Shown here piece after piece: positions 41,962 through 56,225 of a DNA stretch of 64,000 nucleotides. The stretch lies in assembly GCF_009914755.1 (NCBI RefSeq), contig NC_060934.1. One strand, 5' to 3'. The notes under the pieces are model-generated. The model saw only the letters and a program-made list of their open reading frames with translations. It did no database searches and was not told the DNA's origin. The translations under genes and the position numbers were made by a program. Every line of letters begins with the position of its first letter. Within the stretch, counting starts at the first letter, position 1. The DNA comes from the human T2T-CHM13v2.0 reference genome, Homo sapiens.

Positions 41962-42210
41962 TCAGGATCTAGGGTCCTCTCTGCTTGTAGTATAAGCTTT
42001 GAATGCTGTGGCCCGGAGCTTTTCCACAGCCTGTGTTTCCTGCTTCTGGTCTGCTCTAGAGAAATTCAAGTCAGGTTTGGCCTGGCTTGGCCAACCCGAG
42101 CTTGCCATGTACCTGAGTCCCAAGGGTGTCTGTCCCCTAACTCTAGCCACCTGTTGGGGAGGTAGGAAGGTCTGGGAGGGAGATGCTGAGGAGAGCAGAG
42201 TCGTGTGCAG

Positions 42211-42264
42211 ACCAGGTGGGACTGGACTACAGGAGAGACCAGGTGGGACTAGACTACAGGAGAG
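42211..42264. repeat. 27-bp tandem duplication
   Basis: ACCAGGTGGGACT(G/A)GACTACAGGAGAG x2. Confidence 0.95.
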
Positions 42265-42630
42265 CCCTGGGGGGCCACTCCTGGGGCCAGGAGCTGCTCC
42301 CTGAGGGAATTCTGAAGCTGGTTTGTGATTCTGTGTCACAGCCACCTGCATCCCAGTGAAAGCTATGGTTGCTTTCCATAGGTAAAGGCAATTTGAGGAC
42401 AGCAAACATATTTTCCCCCACACAATCCGTCATTGTCTGGTGATGGGCTGTCAGTCCAAACCGTAGCCTAGAAATCGTAGCTCAGGAAGTAGAGTGCTGA
42501 GAGGAACAATTCAAACAATTTTGTTTCCTAAATGTATTCTTCAGTTGAAGTCTTTGTGGTTAATGTTGATAGTTTGTAGGCACAATCACTATTCTATGCA
42601 TAGGGACAGCTTTTCCTAACTCTGGAAAAG

Positions 42631-42633
<3 letters not shown>

Positions 42634-42681
<48 letters not shown>
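42634..42681. repeat. (GT)n microsatellite, about 24 units
   Basis: Read directly. Confidence 0.98.
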
Positions 42682-42683
<2 letters not shown>

Positions 42684-42926
42684 TGTCAAAAACCAATGGA
42701 AGAGAAACACTTCAAAATGGGTGAGAACAGAGAACAGCATGAAATATGGACAGCAGACAGCCCTGTATGCAATGAAAATGCAGGTGCATGGTCACTAGAA
42801 AAGATGCCTCATTCTTTGAATTTTTGGCTCTTTGAAACACCTGTGTGACATTAAATTTTTTACTGAAATGTGGTATTATTAAGTCTTGCGTTTAAGTTTA
42901 TAATCAGAAACAAAAACACCATGTCC

Positions 42927-43351
42927 TGTTAAGGAAAGAGTTATTCTGACAACGGTTAGCAGGATAAAGAAGATTTTACTCAGGAGTATTGCAATAGGTG
43001 TCAAGATTCCACAGAAGAGGAGAGAGATCAGTCTCAACTCGAAATACAGTACAAAACTTGGGATTTATAGCCAACAACCTGGGTGGGGCAGGTGACAGTC
43101 AGTGGATGGAAAATTACTAAGAGGACACCTCAAGGATAGGAGGTGTCTTGCTAAATGAACCTAATAGGATTCTTCCTGAAAACAGGCCAATGACTTAGAC
43201 AGCAAAGGTGGAGGATGAGTAATTTGATCTCATGTCAAGGGTGTGGATTCACTCCAAACTCTCTTAGCAGGATAGAGCCAAAGTCAATGCCTAGTTGAGA
43301 AGAGAGCTCAGAGGAGCCTGGCTAACATTTAGTCAAAAAGAGTCTCTGTCA
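42927..43351 (-). mobile_element. ERV1 solo LTR (MER31-like)
   Basis: TG...CA termini; CCTAGTTGAGAAGAGAGCTCAGAGGAGCCTG...GAGTCTCTGTCA matches the reverse complement of the MER31 start; 4-bp TSD GTCC/GTGC. Confidence 0.8.
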
Positions 43352-43438
43352 GTGCTCGATTTAGTTTTATTACTCAACACTGATACTTTCTGAGCTAGGC
43401 ACTGGGTTAAACACTTAAAAAAAAGAAAAAAAAAGGTT

Positions 43439-43926
<488 letters not shown>

Positions 43927-44497
43927 TTAACAATTTGCTGGGATGAGAGTATTTGAGAGTGGAAAGAGCACTGGGCTGAGGGAACAGCACGTGCCAAGCG
44001 ATGGGGAACACAAGAGCCGGGTTCTGTGGCTGCTCAGGGGGCAGAGCTCCAGCCAGGCCTACAAGGCACACAGGATGGGGGTGGGGGCCGGAGCTGAGGC
44101 TGCGGAGCAGTCGGGGAACCTCTTCCATCATTGACAAGTGAGCCCAAACCATGCCATTCCAGGAGTGTTACCCTAGCCGCTTGTTATGAAGCCCTCTGTT
44201 ACTTGGGATGATCTGAGTGGCCTTCCACGCACTTCAGAAAATAAATTCCTTTTTTATGGTGAGCGAAATTCTAATATATATTTGTATTTTCACTAACCTT
44301 ACCAAAGAGAAAAATGTCAGCCCTTTTCCTGAAGTTTCTTTTGTCCACTTGTGACTTTCAATTAAATTTTAAAACCTCCAGAGTAGGAGGAATCCCCCAC
44401 AGAGACAATAAGTTAGCTGATTAATTGAAAACGTGGAAGCTATTTTTATGATTACCACATACCTTGTATTTTATTTTTACTGAAAACACATAAGTGA

Positions 44498-44805
44498 GGT
44501 CAGGTGTGTTGGCTCATGCCTGTAATCTTAGCATTTTGGGAGGTGAGGTGAGAGGCTTGCTTGAGCCCAGGTGTTTGAGACCAGCCTGGGCAACATAGGG
44601 AGACCTCATCTCTACAAAAAATAAAATTAGCTTGGTGTGGTGGTGCATGCCTGTGGTCCCAGCTACTCAGGAGGCTGAAGTGGGAGAGTCACTTGAGCCC
44701 AAGAGTTCAAGATTGCAGAGAGCCATGATCATACCACTGCACTCCAACCTGGGTGACAGAGTGAGACTTTGTCTGAAAAAAAACAAAACAACAACAACAA
44801 AAAAA
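44498..44805 (+). mobile_element. Alu (AluJ-like)
   Basis: Full dimer; TSD CACATAAGTG. Confidence 0.96.
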
Positions 44806-45839
44806 CTCACATAAGTGTACCTTAGGCTTTTTTTGTTTTTTGTTTGTTTGTTTTGCTTACCTTTTATGTAAGTCCAATGCTTCTTTTTGAACGTGGTTCC
44901 ACTGATGAGCTTCTATAATGCCTCATCAACAGTTCTGCCTACAATTTTTTAAAGTGGAGTTAGTCACATTTTTCAGGTTTTCCAGTTGTCTCACCCCAGT
45001 CTAATTTTGCATATTTTTTTTAGCTCTTTACCTTTATTATAGCCTTTGTAAAGCATTCCATTTAGTTTTCCAAAACTGGTTCTTTTTCATGGCACTAATA
45101 ATTCATTTTCTCATGTCACATTTATTTGAATTACGTAATTATAGTAGCAAGGAGAATTGGTATTAAGTAAGTTTTAGGTGAAACCCATCGACTTTGGGAT
45201 TGTGCACTCTGATGAGTCGGGCAGAAGAGTCCAGGTGTTCTAGGGGAGCCTGTCACTGGTCAGTGGTCAGTGTATCCCGAGGCATTGCAAATCCTCACTT
45301 ATCTGAAGGACTTGCTTCCCTGGAAATCTTGTCTGAGGATTTTTGTGTTCCTCGAGTGCCCAACACACATTGCTGGACCTTAAGGGGACACTTGGATATA
45401 CATGATCTGGTCCAGCCATAAGGGCACACAGTGTGGGAGACAAGGGGCCATTCTGGGAACAGTAAAGAAATGAGATGTGCCCTCAGGGAGCTCAGACAAG
45501 GAGCTGCTGGAGACCAGCAGGGAGGAACAGTGACTGTACTCAAGCCTCAACACAGATCCTCAGGAACATCGTGTTGGGTTCATTGGACTCTGTATACAGT
45601 CAGAAAAGAATCCAGAGGAAGCACAGCTAAGAGAATTGAGACAGCAATTTGCTGTGGCATCTCCGCACAGAGGTAGAAGTTTATTGATTTGTTTCCTCTG
45701 ATTTCAGAAGTAGTTTTTCGTTTTGTTTTTTCAGTTTCTGTTCATGTCATAGACCAGCGACCCCTGCTCCTCCATGCCCCTTAGTCTGCTGGGTTGACCA
45801 GATGGCTGGCACCCAGCACTGTGGCATCTATGCATTTAA

Positions 45840-46269
<430 letters not shown>

Positions 46270-48309
46270 TGAGAACACTGGGCTTTTTAGGGATAGGTTT
46301 CCACGTTCACCGATTTCATCTGAATGGACTGTTGATGCTTGGTGCTGTGGCCATGCCCTTGGCTCCTGCATTTAGGAGCAGTGAATGTGGCGTCCATCTG
46401 CAGACGTGGCTCAGCATCATACGTTACAAGCACAGCTTTTGGTACAGGAGCTCTCGGGTCGCTGGGAGATTGAGGATTATGAGAACTTCCTTCTTTCACA
46501 CAGGGGTTTATCCCCTATTCAGCATTACATCAGCTTTCTCTGACTTTGGCATGGTGTTAGGAATTTATCAGGGAAATACGTTCTGTTTATACTGACTACA
46601 TTACGGGAAGCTTGGATAACTGTATGGGGGACTTTAAAATTTATCTCTCTGTGATAGTTTTTCAGCTATTATGAAACTAAACCAAACGAAGGCAGTGGGG
46701 GCCATTATAAAGGAAGTTTGAGAATCTGAAAGTCTTGATTTCTTAAAAGGAATTTTACCATAATCTCTCTCTCGATAAGAATTAAGAAAAATACTTACAT
46801 GTATTATGTGCAAAGTGTACCCGTTAAATTCACCATAATTGAAAGATGCAATACTCTGTCAATAGTTTGGGAATTGTTTTAGGATTAAAAGTGAGATCCA
46901 TTTGTAAGAAAATGTTTTCATTTTAGTAATGTTAATTTGATAACTTCATTATATTACTTCTCAATATATTACTTTGAGAGCAGGTAAAAAGAGTTTTCCA
47001 GAGCCTACTGGAACTATGCTAATCAGATTTATGGTACCTCTTATTTTCCTGGCCTTTCATTTTGTTTTTGTATTTAAGTCTTCTGTGTTGACAGCTGTCA
47101 TTTGATGTGAGACAGGTGAAGCTCCTTCCTGCTTTGGCCCACAGTTGGGCAGCATTGTCCCCGGCCTGGGCTGGCCTCATCAAGTGAAACATCATGCTGC
47201 CATGTTTCGACATTTTACCTTTTCAGGTTCTGCACTTTTTCTGTGGGACCATCCCCTCTTCCCCGCCTGCCCTCTTCTCTCTGGGGTGTTTTAGATTTTA
47301 ACCCAGCCTCTAACACTGGACACACAAGTCCTCAGTGGAGTTCTGTCGTTCAGTCCGCTGTCTTGGCAAACAGTGCCCAATCAAGAAACAAACGTGCTCT
47401 GCTGGCTGCAGGCTGCCTCATTTCTCCCCGATCCGAGGAGGTGTCACATAGTCATGATCCTTCCCGGGCCTGGCCTGGGGCAGAACAGGATGGCAAACAC
47501 CTCTGCAACCTCTGGGTTTCCAGTCCTGCCCTGGGTGGGCCTGGCTTCGCCTCATGAAACCCCGAGTACTGTTTGACTCCCTGCCATAGCTGAGTGCCTG
47601 CCCCAACCCCACTCTGAGTTCAGCGCACATCCTGGTGTGAACGCCACCATCTCAGGGACATCCTGCTGCAAAGCTCCTCTCTGTCTCCTTGGTCTCTTGC
47701 CACCTACAGTCTTTCTCATGGGAGCCCCACCCCTCAGAAGGCTCCCCGTCTCTCCTGTCCGTGAGTTTTCCTGGAATTGTCACAATGCAGAGAATGAGTT
47801 CTGTGGGGAGGGTGGGGAATGTAGCCCTGTGGCTGTCCCAGCAAGTGGCCCCTGTGGGCTGGTGGCTGGCTCCATTTGAGACTGCCTTGAACCATGGGGT
47901 CTCCTGGGGAGGGGCTGGAGCTGTCAGGCTTCTTTCTGCTGGATGACGTTGCTGTTTCTGGCAGCACCATTGGCTGCATCTCAGACTGTGTCCCTTCCTT
48001 CAATTCTGTTGATGTCTCAGTTTGTGGAAATTCGGAAACCACATGCCTTTCTCTCTAGGGGTGACAGCATTGTTGGCCTCCATCCTCCTGTCAGTCCTTA
48101 CGAGTGTCTTCATGCCAGGTGGTGCCGTCATGGCATGTGTTGGGCAGCTAACCAGTCCCTTCAGTGTGGGGCCTGGCCTCCTCCTTGCCACCTCGTTGGT
48201 GGAGGTGACCTGGGATGCTGGACCCACTCTTGTTTGGACTCAGTGTAGGATTCTCTACCTCTTTCTCCCAGTTACACAGCCTTGACCAAGCTTCTTTATT
48301 CCTCTGATC

Positions 48310-49623
48310 TTTTTTGTTTGTTTGTTTTTACTTTAAGTTCCTGGATACAAGTTCAGAAGGTGCAGGTTTGTTACATAGGTATACATTTGCCATGGAGGTT
48401 TGCTGTACCTATCAACCCATCATCTAGGTTTTAAGCCCCACATGCATTAGCTATTTGTCCTAATGCTCTCCCTCCCCTTGCTGCCAACCCCCTGACAGGC
48501 CCTGGTACGCGTTGTTCTCCTCCCTGTGCCCATGTGTTCTCATTGTTCAACTCCCACTTATGAGTGAGAACATGGAGTGTTTGGTTTTTTGTTCCTGTAT
48601 GAGTTTGCTGAGGATGATGGCTTCCAGCTTCATCCATGTCCCTGCAAAGGACATGAACTCATTCTTTTTTTATGGCTACATAGTATTCCGTGGTGTATAT
48701 GTGCCACATTTTCTTTATTCAGTCTATCATTGATGGGCTTTTGGGTTGGTTCCATGTCTTTGCTATTGTAAATAGTGTCGCAATAAACATACGTGTGCAT
48801 GTGTCTTTGCAGTAGAATCATTTATATTCCTTTAGGTATATACCCAGTAATGGGATGGCTGGGTCAAATGGTATTTCTGGTTCTAGATCCTTGAGGAATC
48901 ACCACAGTGTCTTCCATGATGGTTGAACAAATTTATATTCCCACCAACAGTGTAAAAGTCTTCCTATTTCTCCACAGCCTCGCCAGTATCTGTTGTTTCT
49001 TGACTTTTTAATAATCGCCCTTCTGACTGGCGTGAGATGCTGTCTCGTTGTGGTTTTGATTTGCATTTCTCTAATGATCAGTGATGTTGAGCTTTTTTTT
49101 TTCACATTTGTTGGCACCATGAATGCCTTCTTTTGAGAAATGTCTGTTCATATCCTTTGCCCACTTTTTGATGGGGTTGTTCATTTTTTTCTTGTAAATT
49201 TGCTTAACTTCCTTGCAGATTCTGGATATCAGACCTTTGTCAGATGGGTAGATTGCAAAAATTTTCTCCCATTCTGTAGGTTGCCTGTTCACTCTGATGA
49301 TAGTTTCTTTTGCTGTGCAGAAGCTCTTTAGTTTAATTAAATCCCGGTTGTCAATTTTTTGCTTTTGTTGCAGTTGCTTTTGGCATTTTGATCATGAAGT
49401 CTTTGCCCATGCCTGTGTCCTGAGTGGTATAGCCTAGGTTTTCTTCTAGGGTTTTTATCATTTTGGGTTTTACATGTAAGTCTTTAATCCATCTTGAGTT
49501 AATTTTTGTATAAGGTGTAAGGAAGGGATCCAGTTTCCGTTTTCTGCATATGGCTAGCCAGTTCTCTCAGCACCATTTATTAAATAGGGAATGCTTTCCC
49601 CATTGCTTGGCTTGTTGAAGATC
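48310..49623 (-). mobile_element. 5'-truncated L1PA (about L1PA8-10), 1.3 kb of ORF2 end plus 3'UTR
   Basis: GTGCAGGTTTGTTACATAGGTATACA, CTCCCACTTATGAGTGAGAACATG; minus-strand peptide [24 protein letters not shown] is L1 ORF2p; TSD CCTCTGATC. Confidence 0.97.
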
Positions 49624-49752
49624 CCTCTGATCATTTTTAAGGCTGGTTGAGACCAGCCCTGTGGAGGACTTCCTTAATTTTCAGTGGCAATGTTTTTAAT
49701 CAGTGAGATGACTCACAACACTAAACAATTCCCCATATATCTTGTGTGTTAG

Positions 49753-50096
<344 letters not shown>

Positions 50097-50967
50097 TGAG
50101 AATCGGACCTGGGATTTTTCTATGAATGAGAGCCTGTTGTATGCCATACCCCCACCCCACCCCCTTACCCCCACCCCTACAGCCTTCCTAATATAAGGAA
50201 GAAATGAAGCAGCCGAGCCATCATTAAGCAGATCACCTCTGAAAATGAAGGAAATTGGATGAAAGCTCTGCCCCGGCAGCTGAGTGCTAAATTAGGGAGA
50301 ATCACGGGAGGCCAAGGGCATGGCCGGGCTTTGTCGCTGCCTTATTATGGATTTGATAAGAAACAACTTTTTTGACTGTTTACATTATGGAAATGTGATA
50401 ACCCGTTTGTATTACTTAAACTGTGCATTTTGTAAGTGTTGTCAAAGGGAGGGAGTAATTTGTAACAGAAGCAGAGTATGTAGAAACTGTTCTCGTAAAA
50501 GCGTTCTCTAAATTGCTTTGCTTGCAGCTGTGGAGGTTGCCATAAAGAATGATTTCTCATATTGGATTTTCAAAGCCGCAGGAGTGGCCACAGAGCAGGC
50601 AACGGACAGCCCAATGATTTAAGATTATTTAATGCCCCAGTTGTCGTGAAATAGAAGGAAATAAACTCCAGTGGGCTGCTAGAACACATTACTACAATCT
50701 CTTAATGCCCCAAACTAGGAGACTGATTTATCTCCTGTTATGTCTTATTAAGTGACATTCAGAAGAAGAAAAGAAAAAAAAGGACAGCCAAAGCTGATGG
50801 CTGAAAATTACCCTGAAATGAGTGTGATGCAGGCAGGCTTGTATCGTTCTTAAGTTCAAGAACCCAAACTTGAACTCAACACTTTTTCAGTGTGTTTTAT
50901 TTGTTAGTACAGAGATATTTGAAGATGACAGATTGGGCATAAGAATAGGCCAAAAGGCTGTCTGCCC

Positions 50968-51128
50968 CAGTGCTTCCCAGACTTCATTGAGCACACGAAT
51001 CGCCTGGGGCTCTTTTAAAATGTAGATTCCAATCCAGAAGGTCTGGGAAGGAGCCTGCAACTGCATTTCTACCAAGCTCCTCCATGCTTCCAAGGCAGCT
51101 GTTCCTGGGGCCATGCTTTGAAGGAGCA
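50968..51128. mobile_element. MER5-family hAT element
   Basis: CAGTGCTTCCCAGACTT...GAATCGCCTGGGG...TTAAAATGTAGATTCC...TGCATTTCTACCAAGCTCC. Confidence 0.75.
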
Positions 51129-51258
51129 AAGTTCTCATTCATCCTGCAGAAGGAACCTGCAGAAATTCTCATTCATCCTATAGAAGGAACCTGCAGAAAT
51201 TCTCATTCATCCTGTAGAAGGGACCTGCAGAAATTCTTACTCATCCTGCAGAAGGAAC
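51129..51258. repeat. 34-bp minisatellite, about 3.8 copies
   Basis: AAATTCTCATTCATCCTGCAGAAGGAACCTGCAG units starting at 51129, 51163, 51197 and 51231. Confidence 0.95.
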
Positions 51259-51309
51259 ATCCTCCAGGCAGAACCAAAAACAGCTCATTGTCTTCCTTTA
51301 TGCAGTACA

Positions 51310-51537
51310 CTTAGGGCATCCCTATTCCAAACATCCGAAATCCAAACTGTTCCAGTGAGCATTTCCTGTGAATGTTATGTCAGTGCTCAAAAAGTTTCAG
51401 GTTTTGGAGTATTTTGGAATTTTGGATGTTCAGATTAGGGATGTTCAGCCTATAAGCATTCCAAAATCCCCGCAAAAGAATGAAATCTGAAACACTTCTG
51501 GTTTTAAGCATTTCAGATCAGGGATACTCAGCCTGTT
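51310..51537. mobile_element. Tigger4/MER46 (Zombi) non-autonomous element
   Basis: GCATCCCTATTCCAAACATCCGAAATCC...GTCAGTGCTCAAAAAGTTTCAG...GATTAGGGATGTTCAGCCT...AGGGATACTCAGCCTG. Confidence 0.85.
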
Positions 51538-51746
51538 GTTCTTTATTTCACAGTCGTCCTTTCGTCCTTTACATAACTGTTGTCCCTGTCTCTGCACAGC
51601 TGATTGTGAGTGATCGGATTTGAACTCCCTACACCCTCTATCTAACCCATTCCCCTCTTGCCTCATCCTCAGTGAGGACAAAGAAGGTTGCTCTGGGCTG
51701 CTTAAATTGACTCCTACATGCTCAGTATATATCCTGCATGTACCTG

Positions 51747-51974
51747 TTTTTTATTTTTTTTATTTTTATTTTTTTTGAGATGGAGTCTCACTCTGTCACC
51801 CAGGCTGGAGTGCAGTGGGGCGATCTCATCTCATTGCAACCTCCGTCTCCTGAGTTCAAGTGATTCTCCTGCCTCAGCCTCCTGAGTAGCTGGGATTACA
51901 GGCCCACGCTACCACACCTGGCCAATTTTTGTATTTTTAGTGGAGACGGGGTTTCACCATGTTGGCCAGGCTGA
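51747..51974 (-). mobile_element. 5'-truncated AluS
   Basis: Right arm and part of the left arm, ending at GGCCAGGCTG. Confidence 0.95.
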
Positions 51975-52769
51975 CAACATATATTCTCGTGGTTCAAATG
52001 GTGGCTTTTGTTTTCATGGCATTCTGTCATGAACCCAGAGCTCTTGATGCCTAAGAGCTGCCTAAGGCAGACCCATTACTGCCTAAGAAGAAGAGAATTG
52101 GGGCTATTAAACTTGCAGGTTTGCAGGTATCCCAGCCAGCACTCTTGAGAGGCAGTGTCCATAGAAATAGCGGTGATGATCACCAGGCTCTCCAGTACGG
52201 ATTCCTAGGACGGGGCAGCAGAGCCATGCACTCCCCAGTGCACTGGCTGGTACTGGGGCCCTCAGTGCCCCTCTGGGGGCTGCAAACACAAGAGATCTGG
52301 GCTCCCAGGCCCTATGCACTTCTGCAGGGCACAGGCTGCTTCTTGCATTCTTAAGTCCCCATGGATAGGAAAGCCCAATGAATTGGGATGGTCTCCAGTG
52401 AGGGCTTCACACTTCCTTTATAACATGCAGCATTTTAGGTTGGTGACTGGTGTGCACTGGGCCAAGGGTCCACTCTGTCTCTGTCCTTACCCCCGGGCTT
52501 GAGGACTAGCCCCTGCCAAATGTCTTACGGGCTCATCCCAGTGGGCTTGTTGAGTGGGCTGCTGAGTTTGCAATGCCTGTCCCTCCTCTATTTACCAAAA
52601 GCAATGTTTTCTCTCTTCACTTGCTAGGGTTTCCCATTCTCCCTGTGCCTCCACCCCCATCCTCCTGGCAGCCAGATGGTCTTCCCCCTCACAGCCATCA
52701 CTCCCTCCCTCCTTCCCTCCTTCTCTCCCTCCCTTCCACTGAACAACTCACCTGCTGGTCTCTGGACCT

Positions 52770-53270
52770 CCTGCCACATAAACCATTTTCCACACTGAGA
52801 CCACTTCTCTCTCCTGCTGGAAACCTTTCAAGGATTGCCATTTAGGAGAGATGTTAAGTCCACTCCCCTAGCCTGGCCATTGAGGCCTTGGCTCCCTGGC
52901 CCCTCCCAGTCCTGGGCTGCAAACAAACTGAAGCTCTGGGCTCCCTTGACCCTCAGCCATTGCCCGTGCCATCCTCTCTGCTAGACATCATGACTCAGCC
53001 AGACCTCAGCTGTGTGACCCACTCCAAACACCAGCTACTCTATGAAGTCTTCCCACCTGGATGCAAGCACCAGACCCTCGTCTTCCTCTATTTCCATGAG
53101 GCACCATGGGCACCCCTCACCTCCCCTCAGAGTGCCACCCATATGCGATGCAATCACTCTCAATAGCCCTGACACACACAAGCAGGGACAATGTCCTAAG
53201 CATCTTTACATCCCAGGACAAGCTCACGAGTAGGCATGCAATGACGGAATGGAAGAGTGGGTAAATGGAC
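52770..53270 (+). mobile_element. L2 3' fragment
   Basis: C/T-rich L2-like body ending GCAGGGACAATGTC...GAGTAGGCATGCAAT...GAATGGAAGAGTGGGTAAATG. Confidence 0.5.
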
Positions 53271-55139
53271 AATAGATATCACTGCTTGGTACCTTCCACT
53301 ACAAGCACTGGACTTTTAGGGAACAGCATTTAAGCCATAGCGAGAAAATAGCTAATGGGATTTCTGAAATCCACAATGAAATGTCAAGTAAAATGTTTCC
53401 TCCTTGGGTCAATCAATGAGCTGATTTCTTATTCTCTGATATTGTTGTGGGCTTGCTTTAGACCTAACCGTACCCTTCAGGGGGCTTACTGCAGGTGCAC
53501 ATTTTCAGAAGGATGGAGTCCTGAGAGAAGGCCCTCGTTCCTGGTCCTCACCCATCCTCCACCCCTCTCGACCCGCAGCAGACACCCCCAGGTCTCCTCT
53601 TTTCCCCCCGCCTCCCTGGTTTCCCTTTGGAGGTGCTTTCAGGATATGCTGCCTAATGCTGGTTCCTGTTAGACAGGTTCGCCTGAGGGCTGAGGGATTT
53701 CATCTAGAACTACAGCCCCTCGAGGGGACTCCAAGAACTCTTGGCTCTTTGGCTCCCATCTGGCTCCCAGCTTGCTCGTATTTGTTTGATCCGGGCCTGT
53801 GTGTGTTACATTTTTATAGGATCTCCCTCCGATGTGCACATCGATTTGTTCTGTTCAGATGCTTTGTGTGGAACGTATTTTATGTGGTGGTTTTTGGAGT
53901 GTTGCACCCTCTAGAGAAAATGACCTTTCATGCCCGTGAATAATGAGGCTGGAAATATTTCTCTTAACTCAGAAGCATCTGCACGCACTTGTTTTCACAC
54001 TTGAGTTGATGAGCCTGCTCATGGCATGACTTTCCTCCAAAGACCTGGGGATCCGAATAATGCCTATTTTTAGTGCCTCCTGAAAACAGGAAAGGGCAGA
54101 CCATGGAAATGTTTCCTTTGTGGGAGTATTTAGCTTCAAGTTTAGCACTGGGCAGGAGTGTGTGTGTGTTTATAAGTATGATTTGATAGATCATTTTTCT
54201 CAACTACACACTGAAGAAGGGGAAAATGAATCATAAAGGACTACCTGGAGACCAGTAGTGGCTCCAGCAGTGGGTTCTGGGCAAGCTGTGGCTGCGCAGT
54301 GCCTGCCGGCCTCCAGATGAGCATCCCATTCATGCTGGGGAGAAGCCGGGACAGCTTGAGCAACTTCCAGTGTAAATGGGCTTCATTCACTGTGAGTTAT
54401 TTTGAATGCCCTCTTGGCCCTGTAGGGAGTTGCAGACGGTAATGTATGCATGTACATAGAGGCAAAACCTCATAGATCCTGTTTTGTTTTTGTTGAAACA
54501 CTAGGTTTTTGTTGAAAATTAGAGGTCACAATGTGACAAAATCCCTCTGTTCTTAAAGTAAGAAGAGCCACCCAATCCCAGAAGCATATTCATGGGAAGC
54601 CAGTTTTCATAGTCTTCCCAGACTTCTTCAGAAAGTAGCTGTTGGAAAGAACCCTGTCTGTCAGTGTCTGGAAGCTCATTGCCATGTGTGTGCTGACCTC
54701 GCACCCTCCTAGGGGAGGCAGGGGGCTGAGACCATCTGAAGCCACCAGCATTGTAACACACAGTAGCAGTGGTGTGTTCAGAAAGCACTTGGACTCCAAG
54801 ATCAAGGTTTCTGCCACTCACATGGGCAGACAGATATCTAGAAACAACCATGACTGTAATAACAGCAGCTGGTCACCACGGAGCAGGGGAGTGCCTGCAG
54901 GGGAAGGAGCAGCCCCTGGGAAAAGCAAATCCGCTCCTCCTGGCCCAGGGCCTGAAACCTGGGAGGCTCCTCGTCATAGGGTGGGCTAAGCCAGCTCTTT
55001 CTTCCTAATGTCAGTGAGGTTATGCACTTGGCATGGCGGAGAGCTGCCCCCTCCTCCGTGAGAGTGGGTTAGAAGATGGTGGTGGTGTTAACAAGGAAAA
55101 ATAACACCTAATGTACACAGAGCTATATCCACGGGAACC

Positions 55140-55525
55140 TGTTCTGTGGACTATTAAAAATCCAAAATTCATGTTGAGGTCCTACCTCTCAGTACCTTAG
55201 AATGTGACTGTATTTGCAGATAGGACCCTTAAAAAGGTAATTAAGGTTAAAGAAGATCATTAAGATATGGCCTCATCCCATCTGACTGGTGTCTTTATAG
55301 CAAGAAGAGACTAGGACACAGACACACACAGAGGAGAGGCCATTTGAGGACACGGGGGGAAGATGACCCTCTACCAGCCAAGGAGAGAGGCCTCAGAATG
55401 AAACCAACACATCTCACACCTTGATCTTGAACTTCAGCCTCCAGAACTGTGTGAAAAGAAGTTTCTGTTGTTTAAGCCCCACTACCTGTGGCCTTTTGTT
55501 AGGGCAGCCCCAACGAACTAATACG
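55140..55525 (+). mobile_element. MLT1 (MLT1A/B-like) LTR
   Basis: GAATGTGACTGTATTTGCAGATAGG...GCCAAGGAGAGAGGCCTCAGAA...CAGCCTCCAGAACTGTG...GAACTAATAC. Confidence 0.9.
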
Positions 55526-55620
55526 GAGTCCTATTACCAATCTTTGTTATGAGAGCTGCCCCTGAAGTCACATCAGTTGCATTTCCGGATTCCAAATACC
55601 TTTTCCACATAGCTGGGTTG

Positions 55621-55905
<285 letters not shown>

Positions 55906-55934
55906 TGAATCCTTACTCTTTAAAAAGAAAAAAA

Positions 55935-56225
55935 AAAGGTGTATATTTAAGGCCTACAATGGGATGTGTTGATACACGTAGTGAAGTGATGGCTACCTTC
56001 CAGTAAATTCACGTATCCATCATCTCACATAGTTACCTTTCAGTTTTTATTTTTTGTGGTCAGAGCACCTAAAATTTACTCACGTAGCAAATTTCCAGCA
56101 TATGATACAATATTATTAACTCTGGTCCCGTGCTGTACCTAAGAGCTCTTGACTTGTTCATGGACAGACTGCAACTTTCTACCGTTTAACTTATATCTGC
56201 CCATTTTCCCCACTCACCCCGCCTT
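55935..56225 (-). mobile_element. L1MA-like 3' end fragment
   Basis: GTATATTTAAGG, TATCCATCATCTCACATAGTTACC, ATACAATATTATTAACT. Confidence 0.8.

Noticed and set aside
48899-49292. ORFs with real protein similarity (L1 ORF2p C-terminus)
   Set aside because: Frameshifted remnant of a 5'-truncated L1PA; not a functional CDS.
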